Of a DNA stretch of 64,000 bases, positions 26,847-39,000 are shown piece by piece. Numbering within the stretch: position 1 is the first letter of the stretch; every line of letters begins with the position of its first letter. The position numbers and the translations under genes were made by a program. The DNA comes from a virus (taxonomy: Duplodnaviria > Caudoviricetes): positions 101,007 through 165,006 of IMG/VR virus record IMGVR_UViG_3300021431_000079; one strand, given 5' to 3'. The notes beneath the pieces were generated by a model. It saw only the letters and a program-made list of their open reading frames with translations. It searched no databases and was not told where the DNA came from.

Positions 26847-28717
26847 TTGCTCGGCAGTAATGATTTTATCTTACCGCCAATAAGGTTACCAATCCGTTCC
26901 CGTCCTTTTTCGTTCGGATGTGTTCCATCATCAGCCGGATAGAAATAAAGCCTTGTAAACGGGTTAAAACTTGTTTCATGATAAAGGTCAAGAAACGGAA
27001 CGTTCATATCAGTACAAGCCTGCTTATATGCTTCCGCATATTGCAGAAGTGTACCGCTACCCCAATCTTTCGTATCACTATATGATTCAGGCGTTGTCGT
27101 TCCATCTTGGAAGAACGTTCTGAAAATCGGGCAGGTCACAAGGATTTGAACGCCCGGATACTTGGACAAAATTTGCTTTATCGAATACCGAAGCGCACCG
27201 CAAACAGTGGAAGTATCAAATTTATTATTAGGATTGTCGAGTGTGCTTGATGGTTCTCTATAATCGTTCGTTCCATAGGCAATTATTATTGCATCCACTT
27301 TTGAAAAGTCACAAGCATTTAGCCAAGCAACAGTATTCCTGTAATATCCCGGCATTCCACTCCAACCCGTGTTGATTGCAGAGACAAGGCTTGTGAAATC
27401 ATCAGCATATATATCGTCTGCAAGCCTGTACATAGAGCAGTTATCCCACCCGGTTGCGTGTACGCTCATTCTGCACCCGCCAAATCCGAAGTTAAAAACC
27501 GTTGCACCACAAGCTTTGCTAATAAATGCAGGAGTTGAGGTTACATCTCGTGTGTTGCCCATTATGGAGTCTCCAAATACTGCAATTCGTTTTCCCTGCA
27601 ATGCAGTATTATCGGTCACAATTTGGCTCTTGATTTCGTTCCCGTCCGCAAAAAGATCGGATGTACTGTAATCAGTGACAAACCATTTCAGTGGAGAAGC
27701 TGAATCATTAACACCAACACGGATGAAATATGCATTATTCGGCGCAATAAACTTTATAAAGCCGCCATCCCAATCGCATCTTGTGTGGTCGTACCCGCTT
27801 GCGTACACAAAAGTGTCTGCCAACCCAATAGTGCCTGCATCATAAAAGCACACTGTTATTGCATTATATTCAAAAGATGGTGCATTGTTTTGATTGAACA
27901 GCCCCAACTTATATGTATTTCCGGGAGTGATGGCAATAAAATCAGAAGCTCTATATCCGTCATTGTCAAAGACTCGGCCTGTAGTATTTTGCAGATATTT
28001 ATTATCTTCTATGTTTCCAACAATATTATAACTGCCATGCAGATTGACAACTTCATTTGATACGTCTTCAATTTCGCGTGACAACGAAAATGCGTTTCCC
28101 CAATATGGTTCATATTCCGTTTTTGTTTCTCCGATTTCCACTTGAAGATTTTTATGAATATCTCTTGACCAACGAATATACCGCACTTCGTAATCCGAAC
28201 TAATGCCGATCGTCCTTTCAGATACGTTAGAGGGGAATGTATAATAATTTAACTGTGTCTTGTTAGCATCATAGATATAAAGGTACATACCAGAATATCC
28301 ACAATTTGAACCGTCAGCCGTTGACAATGTAAGACGCTCGCCGCCATTAAGAAAAACAGGATAATAAACGTTGGGATCGGTTCCACATAAATTTTTCCCT
28401 TGCCCAATCCAATTTAAAGCGCTCTTTAAGTCAGTAATTTCGTCACCAGTTTTCTTTGCATCTGCCGCCGCACCTGCAACGGTAAGTGAATTATCTACTG
28501 CATATCCTTCCTGAATATGCTGACCCAACCAAGTGCTTGCAGTCGTGGCTACTGGGTCAGTTACAACACTTGGGTTCGTGTCTATATATGTGTCTATGGC
28601 ATCTACTACTTGTGTATCTGTTGGGTAACCAGTGTCACCCTTGTCTCCCTTTTTTCCTCTCGCAACTACCAATTTTGCTTTTATACTATCTTCAAAATCA
28701 AAATCAATATCTGCCAT
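26843..28717 (-). CDS. Tail fibre/receptor-binding protein with C-terminal SGNH/GDSL esterase
   Basis: N-terminal anchor with short collagen-like stretch; FGDSI, GTND and DGTHP SGNH blocks. Confidence 0.85.
   Translation of the reverse strand: MADIDFDFEDSIKAKLVVARGKKGDKGDTGYPTDTQVVDAIDTYIDTNPSVVTDPVATTASTWLGQHIQEGYAVDNSLTVAGAAADAKKTGDEITDLKSALNWIGQGKNLCGTDPNVYYPVFLNGGERLTLSTADGSNCGYSGMYLYIYDANKTQLNYYTFPSNVSERTIGISSDYEVRYIRWSRDIHKNLQVEIGETKTEYEPYWGNAFSLSREIEDVSNEVVNLHGSYNIVGNIEDNKYLQNTTGRVFDNDGYRASDFIAITPGNTYKLGLFNQNNAPSFEYNAITVCFYDAGTIGLADTFVYASGYDHTRCDWDGGFIKFIAPNNAYFIRVGVNDSASPLKWFVTDYSTSDLFADGNEIKSQIVTDNTALQGKRIAVFGDSIMGNTRDVTSTPAFISKACGATVFNFGFGGCRMSVHATGWDNCSMYRLADDIYADDFTSLVSAINTGWSGMPGYYRNTVAWLNACDFSKVDAIIIAYGTNDYREPSSTLDNPNNKFDTSTVCGALRYSIKQILSKYPGVQILVTCPIFRTFFQDGTTTPESYSDTKDWGSGTLLQYAEAYKQACTDMNVPFLDLYHETSFNPFTRLYFYPADDGTHPNEKGRERIGNLIGGKIKSLLPSN
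28413..28435 (-). repeat. Palindromic putative recombination site inside the fibre gene (encodes TDLKSAL)
   Basis: ACTGACTTAAAGAGCGCTTTAAA; 17/20 identical to the site at the gene's stop. Confidence 0.7.
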
Positions 28718-28734
28718 ATTTTCACCTCCTCATA

Positions 28735-29070
28735 TTATCTTGTAACATCGGGCATAAGATCTATTTGTCCAATCAGGATTGTATAAACATCACTTTCTAT
28801 AGTGACTTCTAAATCATAATAATAATTTCGTGTTGGTAAAGTATTCGTATCTTCTGGCGCAATTCTTACATTATATTTTCCTGCTTCTACTAAGGAGATA
28901 CCATTATCCATTGTTTTTTGAAAAACATATTCAGTATCACTAAGATCAGACTTGCAAGAAAAAACAGCGCTATCAATAGTATCGGGATTACCATCAGTAT
29001 CCTGAACAAGAAATCCGAATATCAATGAATCACCACGAACTAATTTAAAATTCTTATTCGTTGTTACCAT
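28735..29070 (-). CDS. Baseplate/fibre adaptor (BppU N-terminal-like)
   Basis: LVRGD...IAPEDT..L....YYYDLE pattern. Confidence 0.65.
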   Translation of the reverse strand: MVTTNKNFKLVRGDSLIFGFLVQDTDGNPDTIDSAVFSCKSDLSDTEYVFQKTMDNGISLVEAGKYNVRIAPEDTNTLPTRNYYYDLEVTIESDVYTILIGQIDLMPDVTR

Positions 29071-29082
29071 AATATCACCACC

Positions 29083-29727
29083 TTAAATGTTTACGTTTAC
29101 GGTGTTATTTTCATCATGTTTATCTATCGCATCAATTAAAGCTTGTAAAGAGATACCATTACCCACACGAGTATTATCATGAGCAAGGTGAATATCTTCT
29201 GTAGTAATTACAATATCATTAGGAGCAGAAGAGGATATAATGCTTGCCTGATCTCTAAGTGCCATAATATTTTGCTGATTCTGTAAATAAAGCTGAGTCA
29301 GTTGTGTAAGCGCAGTATCAGGAGCGGAGAACCATGATTCAACAGGAAGAATGTTTAAGTGTCCAACTTGTATTCTTCGAACATAATTAATGGTTTTTCC
29401 AGTATCAGGATCAAGATCTGCCTTAATGAACGATAAAGAAAATTGTAAATCGCCCGCTTCTTTTGTTAGGCCAGAATTAAGAGGAAGCTGATAAGCATAG
29501 TAGAGATCTTTGTAATTGTTATCAGCAATAGTCAGAGTTTCTATCTGTATCTCATGACTGATAGGAAGATAACCCTCAATCACTAAATCAAACTCACTCA
29601 TATCAAAACCATTGTATTCTTTCTCTACAATAAATTGCAGTGTGTCAACAAGGCTTGACTTCTCCATAATCCTGTCTTTTTCTGTGGCGATTAATGTATT
29701 ATCTTGACAAATTAAAAAGGTATACAT
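29083..29727 (-). CDS. Baseplate upper protein-like
   Basis: Position after Tal; LTKEAGDLQFSLSF pattern. Confidence 0.55.
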   Translation of the reverse strand: MYTFLICQDNTLIATEKDRIMEKSSLVDTLQFIVEKEYNGFDMSEFDLVIEGYLPISHEIQIETLTIADNNYKDLYYAYQLPLNSGLTKEAGDLQFSLSFIKADLDPDTGKTINYVRRIQVGHLNILPVESWFSAPDTALTQLTQLYLQNQQNIMALRDQASIISSSAPNDIVITTEDIHLAHDNTRVGNGISLQALIDAIDKHDENNTVNVNI

Positions 29728-29747
29728 AGTAAGACCACCTTTCGAAA

Positions 29748-29978
29748 TTATTGTGGTTGATTTTCCTTCTGTTCTGGTTCTGCCTTTTTCATTTCAGCAA
29801 GAGCTTGGTTATAAGCTTGAAGCTCTGCATTGTATTGTTCTATTGCCTTGTTATCTAAGATCGGCAACAGAGTCTTTATCGAATCAACCATGCTAAACAT
29901 CGGCAAACCAGAATTCTCAATCACACGAAGTAAATTTTGTTTAAATTCTTCAATTAATAAAATCAATGATTTTTCCAT
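29748..29978 (-). CDS. Small tail-associated hypothetical protein
   Basis: 76 aa, AGGAG/AAGGA RBS. Confidence 0.55.
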   Translation of the reverse strand: MEKSLILLIEEFKQNLLRVIENSGLPMFSMVDSIKTLLPILDNKAIEQYNAELQAYNQALAEMKKAEPEQKENQPQ

Positions 29979-30066
29979 ATTCCTTTTCTCCTCATATTAA
30001 AAAAATATGGATAAGTCCAAAAAGAACTTATCCACAACAAAAATAGTTGTATACTATATTGATATA

Positions 30067-33000
30067 TTACTTTGACATGAGAGCAATTTTATCTTCAAGT
30101 TCTGCTATTTTACTCATAGCATTTTCATATCTCTCATCACTACGTTTCAATTCTTTCTGTAACACAGCAACAATATCAGGAATAATTTCTGTCAGGTTGA
30201 CTGCACCATAATAAACTTCCTTATCATCAACAGTAGTTCCAATTTGCCTTGAAACAACCCATTTATTATCTTTCTTAATTGGATCGACTTCATCATAAAT
30301 AAATCCATGGTGATGATCACTGTTTTCATCGCTGATGTATTCAAATTTAGAGGGAATCAAACCTTTGATAAAATCCTCAGAATCATTTGCATTTAATTTC
30401 ACTATGTTCTTCTTTAATCTACGATCAGAAGGATTATTATAGTTGCTTGCAATCATTGTAGTGGCAGAGAATGTGTGAGCAGTTACGGTACAGTTCTCTA
30501 CAGTCGCACCAGAGCTTGTGTGTCTACCTTGGAAAGCAACTGTGTTAGTTCCGCTATTTATAATTCTTGCAGAATAATCATATCCACCGCTCTGTCCGGG
30601 TTGCTTCATTTCTCTATGGAAATCTATATATGGAGAGTTACCATCATTATCTGCTAACAACTCAAGGCCATAGCTTACGAACAACGCATTAGTTACCCAA
30701 GTATCATCATTTGTACTTGAACTGCTTACAGATTGAATAGAACCAAATTTATATTCTCCTGTGCTCTTAATATAAACAGAAGATTTAGCAAATGCAATAC
30801 CATTAGAACCAAGATACACACCATTATGATTCGGGTCTGTAAAGCTCGTCATACCATTAAACAATGCTCCATTTGTTCCAGTACCTATATTCCATGCTCC
30901 AAGTCTCCCACCATTTGCGGCATAGATATATCCATCATAGTTAATATAAAATGTATTCGAATAAGTTCCATATGTAGAACCATTATATGTTCTTTGTCGG
31001 CATTGAAGTGCCACGGAATCAGCCTTTGGATTCGAAGGACAATACAACCTAACATTATATTGTGTAGAAGATGTTCCAGACGTAACCGTACTTTGATTAT
31101 ATATCTCGGTATCATTTATCACCCATCTACCAAATCTTCCTGTTGTAGCATTAACCGTACCACTGATCTCAGCGCTCTTAGCAACTAAATGACCATCATT
31201 TCTAACAACAAATGTTGGGGTATAGTTTGAGAAAGTGCTTCCATCATAAGAACACTTTTGAACAGAGATAGCCCATCCACCGTCACCCGCATTTTCAGTT
31301 CCCCATATTTTCTTTAGGTATGCGGAATCAGTTGGTGTTCCTACTGTATAGTTAGTAAACTTATGAATATCATTTGTACTGATTACCCAACCTGCAATGT
31401 TACCAGATGAAGCAGTAATATTACCTGCAATCTTCGCATTCTTACAATACATATAACCATCTTGTCTAACATAGAAATTAGATGCAGTTTCAGAAGCAAT
31501 CGCGCCTCCTGCGGCAGTATTTGTCCCTGCATAAAATACAGCACTACCATTAGTTGCTGTTGCTGTATTTTGCATACCAACCCTATAACCACCACTACCA
31601 GTTAAATCTTTCTCTATTCTTGTTCCATTAATAGCCCATCCACCAATATTAGCAGATATAGACTCAAGATTATTTACTTTGATTTTATCAGCAGTTATAG
31701 ATCCAGTGTAAATTTGAGCACCATCAATCTTTGTCTTGTCATTTGAATTGCACCAAAGAGAAGAGTAGCTTAACGTAGACAAAGCAGTAACATCTGTGAA
31801 ACTCGTAATGCCATCCGTGTATACAATCATATCACACATGAAATAATAACAGTTCCGTTTAGGATCTGGCATTGACTTACACCACTTATTTGTATCACTA
31901 TCAGATAGTGTAGAATAAATAGTCGTAGTAGATGTTGGTTTGCTTGGTATGGTATTCGTTGTAGACCTATAATAAATAGGTGTGGTCTGCTTGATTGTTT
32001 TCATTACTCCTCTATTTGAAACATAGGTATGAGTAGTCTCGCCAGTTTCAAACATCGGAAAGAAGGTAATACCATCTGACGGTGTTGCATATCCAGAGAA
32101 AATCACAATATAAAGATGCACATACTTGAATCCGGCAGAAACGGTAACTCCACTTCCGCTGTCTGTATATATTGTACCGCTTGTTGCTGTCGGTGTTGTT
32201 CCATCTGCCGTACACCTTGCACACAGAGAATATGAGGTATTTGTTCCTCCCGAAGGACAGCCTGACAGTCTGTACTTTTTATTTGGATCAATAAACAAAA
32301 CAGATTGTTCATTTGTCAATTCGGGTAATGTATATCCCGTAATGGTAAAATATGTCTCTCTCGTTGCAGTTCCAGTTACCTTCACAGAACCATCAGGATT
32401 AACTGTAAATGTTAATCCATTCACTGTCCAAGGTGAACCACTAACATACTCTCTATTATAAACAGACGGAACAAGGTTTATCGCAGGTATTGTAGCAGAT
32501 AAACTTGTCACAGCGGCATTCGCATCATCAGCAGTCTGCTGTGCATTATCTGCGGCAAGTTGAGCGGCAATAGCGGCTTTTTGTGCAGATGTCTCTGTCA
32601 ATACCCAATTTGTTCCATCATAAATAAATGTAACAGTATCTTTATTCTTCCAGTAATAATCAGAAGTAATTGCCGCACCATTAGCATAAATAGGTTTAGC
32701 ACCAGTTCCACTTACATTCAATGTTGGGTTTGCTACTGTATTTTCATTATTAAAATACACAGTAACAGTCGCACCAGTATACAGCAGGAAGTCATTTATT
32801 GTTGTTGTCTTTGCCGCTGTATTTGCAGATGTCGTACACAAACCATAGTTTGCTTTGGTAGCTTTAAGATCGTTCTTAACCTCATTGTTAAAGCTTGAAT
32901 ATGTAACAGCACCATTAAGGTTAATCCTTTCTGCATCAACCTGATAAGTGGTAGCAGTTTGGTTAACCCTTGATATGATTTCATTACCATTAAAATCTTC

Positions 33001-36000
33001 CTCAGATACTTTAGACTCTATGCTATCAGCATTTATTTTTATAGATGCTTCTGCCTTTTTAATTCTTGTGGCAGAATTATCTACTGGACTTTTCCATGCA
33101 TGTATAATAATACCGCTTTCCAACATAGGATAGAAAGTAATATTGTTAACAGTTGCACCACTACCAACACATATTCTGATTAACATTTCTGTTTTTTCAG
33201 TAAGCACGAGAGAAACACCAGTACCATAATCATACCAATATACTATAGGAGAGGTGCTTACTGTACTTAATCGCATATAATAACTGGCATTCGAACCACC
33301 CGGATAACAACCACTTAAGCTATATGCTCCCGGTTGTAACTCAACCCTATTTATATCTATATACGATCCACCAATATCACTTGTACCATTAGCGGTAACA
33401 GAACCATCAGTATGAATGGTATATGTAATTCCAGATTTTTGTATCACATAATCAGATGTACCCTCATTATTACCATGAGCAAGATAAGGATAGGTGAGCA
33501 TATTATCAACAGACGATAACTCTTTATCTGCCAAGCACCACTCAGAAGCATAGCTACCACGTTCAATCTTGAATCCGCACATCTCATTGGATGCTACAGC
33601 ATTGTATTTAACGAGGAATGCAAAGGCTATCCCACCATTCTTCATCGTGTTTTCCGGGGCAACAAATGTAAAGCTGTATCTTTGCCATCCTACTGACGCA
33701 ACATCTGATTCATATATTATAGTATAATCAGTAGCATTCGGATCTGTTTTATATCCAAAAGCAATAGTGTTTCCACTACCAATAATACCATAACATGATA
33801 CAGTATATGTTTCTCCCGCAGTTAAAATAGTACCACAATCATCATCATAGAAAGCAATACCATAATAATTGTTATCAGGAGAAGAGGAGCAAAGGCATCT
33901 TACTAAATACCTGATGTTGGTTTGTGGCATTTCAAATCCATAATTAGAATCTTCTCGTATAGAAACTGTATTACGTAACGAACCAGTTGCCACAATTTTC
34001 TTATCAGCGACAGCAGATATCCTAATAGTACCCGGAGTATTCGTATCAAGCAATAACTGCTCCCCACCTCTACGATATGAATCTTCTGGGGCGGGAGTCC
34101 ATGCGGTAGCCTTATTACCAAATTCAACCTTAAGATTCCTGATAGTCACAATAAGACCATCTGGTAATTGTCTTCCTTCGACCCTGATCTTTGTAAAGTT
34201 GGCGCTCTTATCAGCACTTGTAATCTTAAAGGATTCACTCACATGACCAGAACCAGTTGAAATATCAGCAACACCAGAAACATTTTCAGGTAGTCTCGGT
34301 GGAACATTAAATCCCACATAAATAGAACCAGACGGAGTAACGTTATCACTTGTGCTCCAATCATAAGAGAATGTTACCCAACCATCAATTACATTATCAG
34401 AATAACTTCTCCAAGTATCAGATAAATAATATGAGTCGTTTGAAACAACACTCTCACTCGTACCAATAATAGATGCAGGATAAACAGTATCCAACACAAT
34501 ATTTCTTCCACCAATGGAGAAATCATCAAACGCCTGTTGAACCTTAGCTTCTATAGACTGTTCAAGAATAGTCACTTGAGCTTGAGATTGTGTAACGCCA
34601 GTAATGCTTGATCCCTTCTTAGGAGGAGTAAACAGCTCACCACCAAATATTACACCATCTTCACCATACATATATGTTGCAATAACAATATCTGTTGACT
34701 CAACAAAAGCCCATAAGAATGGATTACCATGAGAACCATCATTAGCTGTATATTTTACAGCCTTATAAGATTTTGTGTTTTCATCCCACCAAGCATCATA
34801 ATGTCCACTGTCGCTTGTTCTATACACATGATAGATCGGGGTGTTATATGGAATAACATCAGTATACATACCATTCGCAGGATAAATCCATACGCCTTTT
34901 GCAATATTAACTTTCTGTTTATTCCACCATACCCAACCATCAACATCCGCTCTATTTCCGCTATCATTGAATCCACAGAAATAGCATCTTCCATCATTTG
35001 GATATAAAAACGATCCGTAATTTACCAACCAAGAAAGTCCAGTGTCACCAAGAGAATCATCAAGATAATCAAGATGATTCGTGTATTTACCATTAACTAT
35101 ATTTTGAATAGAAGAGTTCGTAATAAGAGTCTGGACAGAACTATCATATTGATAGAAATGCTCTTGAAGAGTATCATTAATAACAGTAGTCCATTCATAA
35201 TGTCCATCAGAATACTTTAGCTGATGGCACATATAAAGGTGGCAATACACATCAGTCCACAACGGCCTTCCCTGTGTCCATTTGTTTGCCACATTACCAG
35301 TCTCAGTAACAGCCACAACTGGCTTACTCGGAGGAGTGGTCATATCAGAAGATATATAAAGTGGGATATCTTCAGTAATACTATTCTCCATATAGATTAC
35401 TGACCACGAGAATATCTTATTTATGGTAACACCACCAACAGTAACAGGAATGGTTAAGAATCCAGTCTGCTGTGTGAGGTTTTCTGTTGTAGATACAGTG
35501 ATAGAGGTTCTTGTTGTACCATTGTAATTCACAGTTGCGGTTAACGCTCCTTCAATTGTTCCAGTGATAGTTCCAACAGTAGTGTTAACACGAGTAGAAC
35601 CCTGATAACCAATAACATCAAATGTCACACTGTCTACTTCGGCACTTGTATATCCACCTGCAAACATATGGGAATCATTTGTAAGGATTGCAACCCTTGA
35701 ATCCGTTCCGTCAGCAACAACAGGTATTGTCTGGCTGTCAAGTAATACAGTTGTTCCACCTGCTTCATACAAGGAGCACTTAATATATGTAAGTGATTCT
35801 TGTATATTAAAAGTAACAGTAGAATCATCCTGAGTAAACGTGTAAATTCTGTCACTATCACTTTCGGCATTATATGTTTCAATTGTAAATCTACCAACAT
35901 AATCTGTTGGAGCATTGTCACCAACTTTTTGATATGCATGGAACACAAGTCTATTTGGACTATTTGTTCCATCATTTCCTCTTACAACTGCATAATAATC

Positions 36001-39000
36001 TGATTCCAAATACCTTCTAACAGCTGCCTGACCCTGATTACCATAAGCGCCAATAATACACGGATTTGTTGAAGATGGATTGCCAGTTGTATAAGTGATC
36101 TCCTCATAATTCCAGAGATATTTATTTGTTGGTGTTATATTTTGAATTGTTTCAGTCCATCCAGAAGTGTCCTTTGTTACACCAGAGGACTGACTTGTGG
36201 CAAGGTAGTAATTCGTAATGCTGACAATTCCCCTACCATCTGTTCCACTTTCACCATAAACGCCAATAACACGCTTACCAGTGGGAGCAATACTTCCGTT
36301 AGAATAATTTACGATCTCATAGTTCCAAAGATATTTGTCTGTTGGTGTCATTACTGGAATAGTTGTAGTGAACTCACTGTCAGAAGGAGCAGAAGAGGAC
36401 GAATTAGATATAGCGTACTTTTCAACAATACTGCTAATCCCAACACCACTTGTTCCAGAAGTTCCGTATGTACCAACTATAATAGGCGTGGTTGATGTTT
36501 GCGTAGCAGAATCCCCATACCCATATGTATATAAATGGTACATCCATAAATACTTATTTGTCTCACTGATAACAGCTTGTGAAGCATCTGTTGTCCAACC
36601 CGGAGTAGATGTTGTTACACCAGAATCCAAATTGGTTGCAAGATAATAAAGAACATCACTTGTGATAGCACGACCAGAAAGATCATTAACCTTGCTTAAT
36701 GCTTCAGCGGCATCCGCAATAGCCTTAGCCGCACTACTATCCTCAATCAGATACCATTGATATTGTCCATTGATCAAGGAGAAACGATATGCGAACCCAT
36801 TGTATTCATCACTTGATTGCACATAATACATATCACCCAAGTGTCTGTTTTTCGTTTCATCAGTTCTCCAATTGACAGCAGGTTCATTAGTTAAGGTAGG
36901 AACAACAGAACCATTCCATGTTTCAATAGTACCATCAATCTGGCTTTGAATATCTGCAATAGTCTCATCAAATGTTTTTCCTGTTGTCATGGTAATACTG
37001 CTACCATTAAAAACAAGGTTTCCATTTTCATCTATATAAACTTGTTTCTCAATATTAAATCCACCCTGACCATCACTTGTCTTTTTCTGGATGGTAAATG
37101 TATTCGAATTTACATCATCATCACCATTTGATGTAATAGTGATTCCGTTCTTATCAATGGTCACATCACCATTCTCGCTGAAGATACTCATATCTTCACC
37201 AAGGATCATGTTGCCTATCAATTGTTTTGCAATGATACCATAACCTTCTTCGATCTGACCAGTCTTTGGATTATAATAATCAAATCTACCAAGTGCGGTT
37301 TCTGTAGTTTCCCAATTATCTGTAGTAAAGGCAAGAGTTGTATTAATCCACTTGGATTGAAAATCAGAATAGTCTTGCTCTATATCATCCCACTGTTTCA
37401 TTGACATACCAGTATCATCAAGAACCATTGTTTGATTAGTGGCATTAAGGATTCTCATTGTAGTTAAGTCGAGTCCCTTTTTAATCCAATCATTCACCTG
37501 TTCTTTTGTCTGTACTGAAGTAGCGGCTTGATACTTAATTGACTCATATGATTTTGCCATTGACTTTGCTGATTCAAAAATATCAGAAAGGCTCGTATCG
37601 CCATGTCCAACAACATCAGAAAAGTCTACCTGAATAGTATCAATACTATCAAAATCAATAGAATAGGAGAGAAGTCTTACACGATATATCTCACCATCTA
37701 CCTTTATTCTAATCCAATTTCCAACTGAGAAATAATTCACAAGAGGTTTGAACTCATCAATAGTCAATAAGTTATTCAGCGTAGTAGATATAGAATGATT
37801 TTCTGTTGCCGCTTTATGAATCTCATAATTCGCAATCTGAACAAACTCAGCGGCTTTCTTAAATAACTCAGCATTGTCAAGCCCATCAGAAATATAATTA
37901 TTATTCTGATAATCATCTTCCATTTTATACGAATACAGTTCCGTTGCAAGATCCTGACCAAGATAGTTAACAATATCCAATGTATCATTGATGATGTGCT
38001 TACGTTCCATAAGACTATCATATAAATCTTCAATAGCGGCGATCTCTTCATCACGAGTTTTTACCTCTGCTTCAATTGCCCTTAGCTTTTGAACATATGG
38101 AAGATAAATATAAGTATAGGCATTTACTCCACCTTCAACCAGTGCGGCACTTGTTGGATTGGAGATTCCCATTTCAACCATTACACCAATAGCACCTTCA
38201 CAAGCAGAGAGAATAGATGCAAGTCCTGCTCTGGAATATTTCTTTAATCTATCCTTGAAATCTTCAATTCCAAGATCAAACAGTTCTGTTATAGAATAGC
38301 TATTCTTATCTAATTGGGCTACAGCCTTTTCAATCTTTTGTCTTGCATATATCTCATATGTGTCGTTGATTGGAATGTTAATTGTATCTGTTGTTGCCGT
38401 ATCCTCTTTATCAGATACAGCGGTAACCTCAAAGCTACCTGTCCAAATATGATTCACAGAATCATAAACAGAGGATACGATCTTGGCTTTATATCTTGTA
38501 TCAAGAATAATCTTGGTTGCATTAACAACAGCATTATCAACAGTAGTAGAAGATGCAGACCTTAGATTCGCCACAGCAACAGACGGAAGATTAATAGGTG
38601 TTATCCTATTTGCCTGTTCTTGTGCCGTAGTGTCCATATCTAATGTCGGTAATAAACCAGACTCAAGATAGATTTGAAAATCCATAACATCATAGACAGC
38701 GTTCATCAACTGAGCATATCCAATAATATCATCTATCTTAACAAGATCATCTTTGTATGGGAGATATTTATCTACTAAATGATTATATAATGTTAACTTT
38801 GCTGTTGGAATTGGAACATCATAAGTGTTCTCATAGTATTCATAATCAGCATCATAAGCAGATAGGCCATTCTTCAACTCAGGACTCATATCTTCCTTCA
38901 TCTCATCTGTGAAGTACCAGATATATTGAGAGCCATTTGGGTTAGAGGAGATAATAGCCGCATCCATCAAACCATCACCAGACAATAATCTGAAACAGTT

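Noticed and set aside
24651-28717. Classical inversion shufflon
   Set aside because: Sites within the locus are in direct orientation and no silent inverted fibre C-termini are present.
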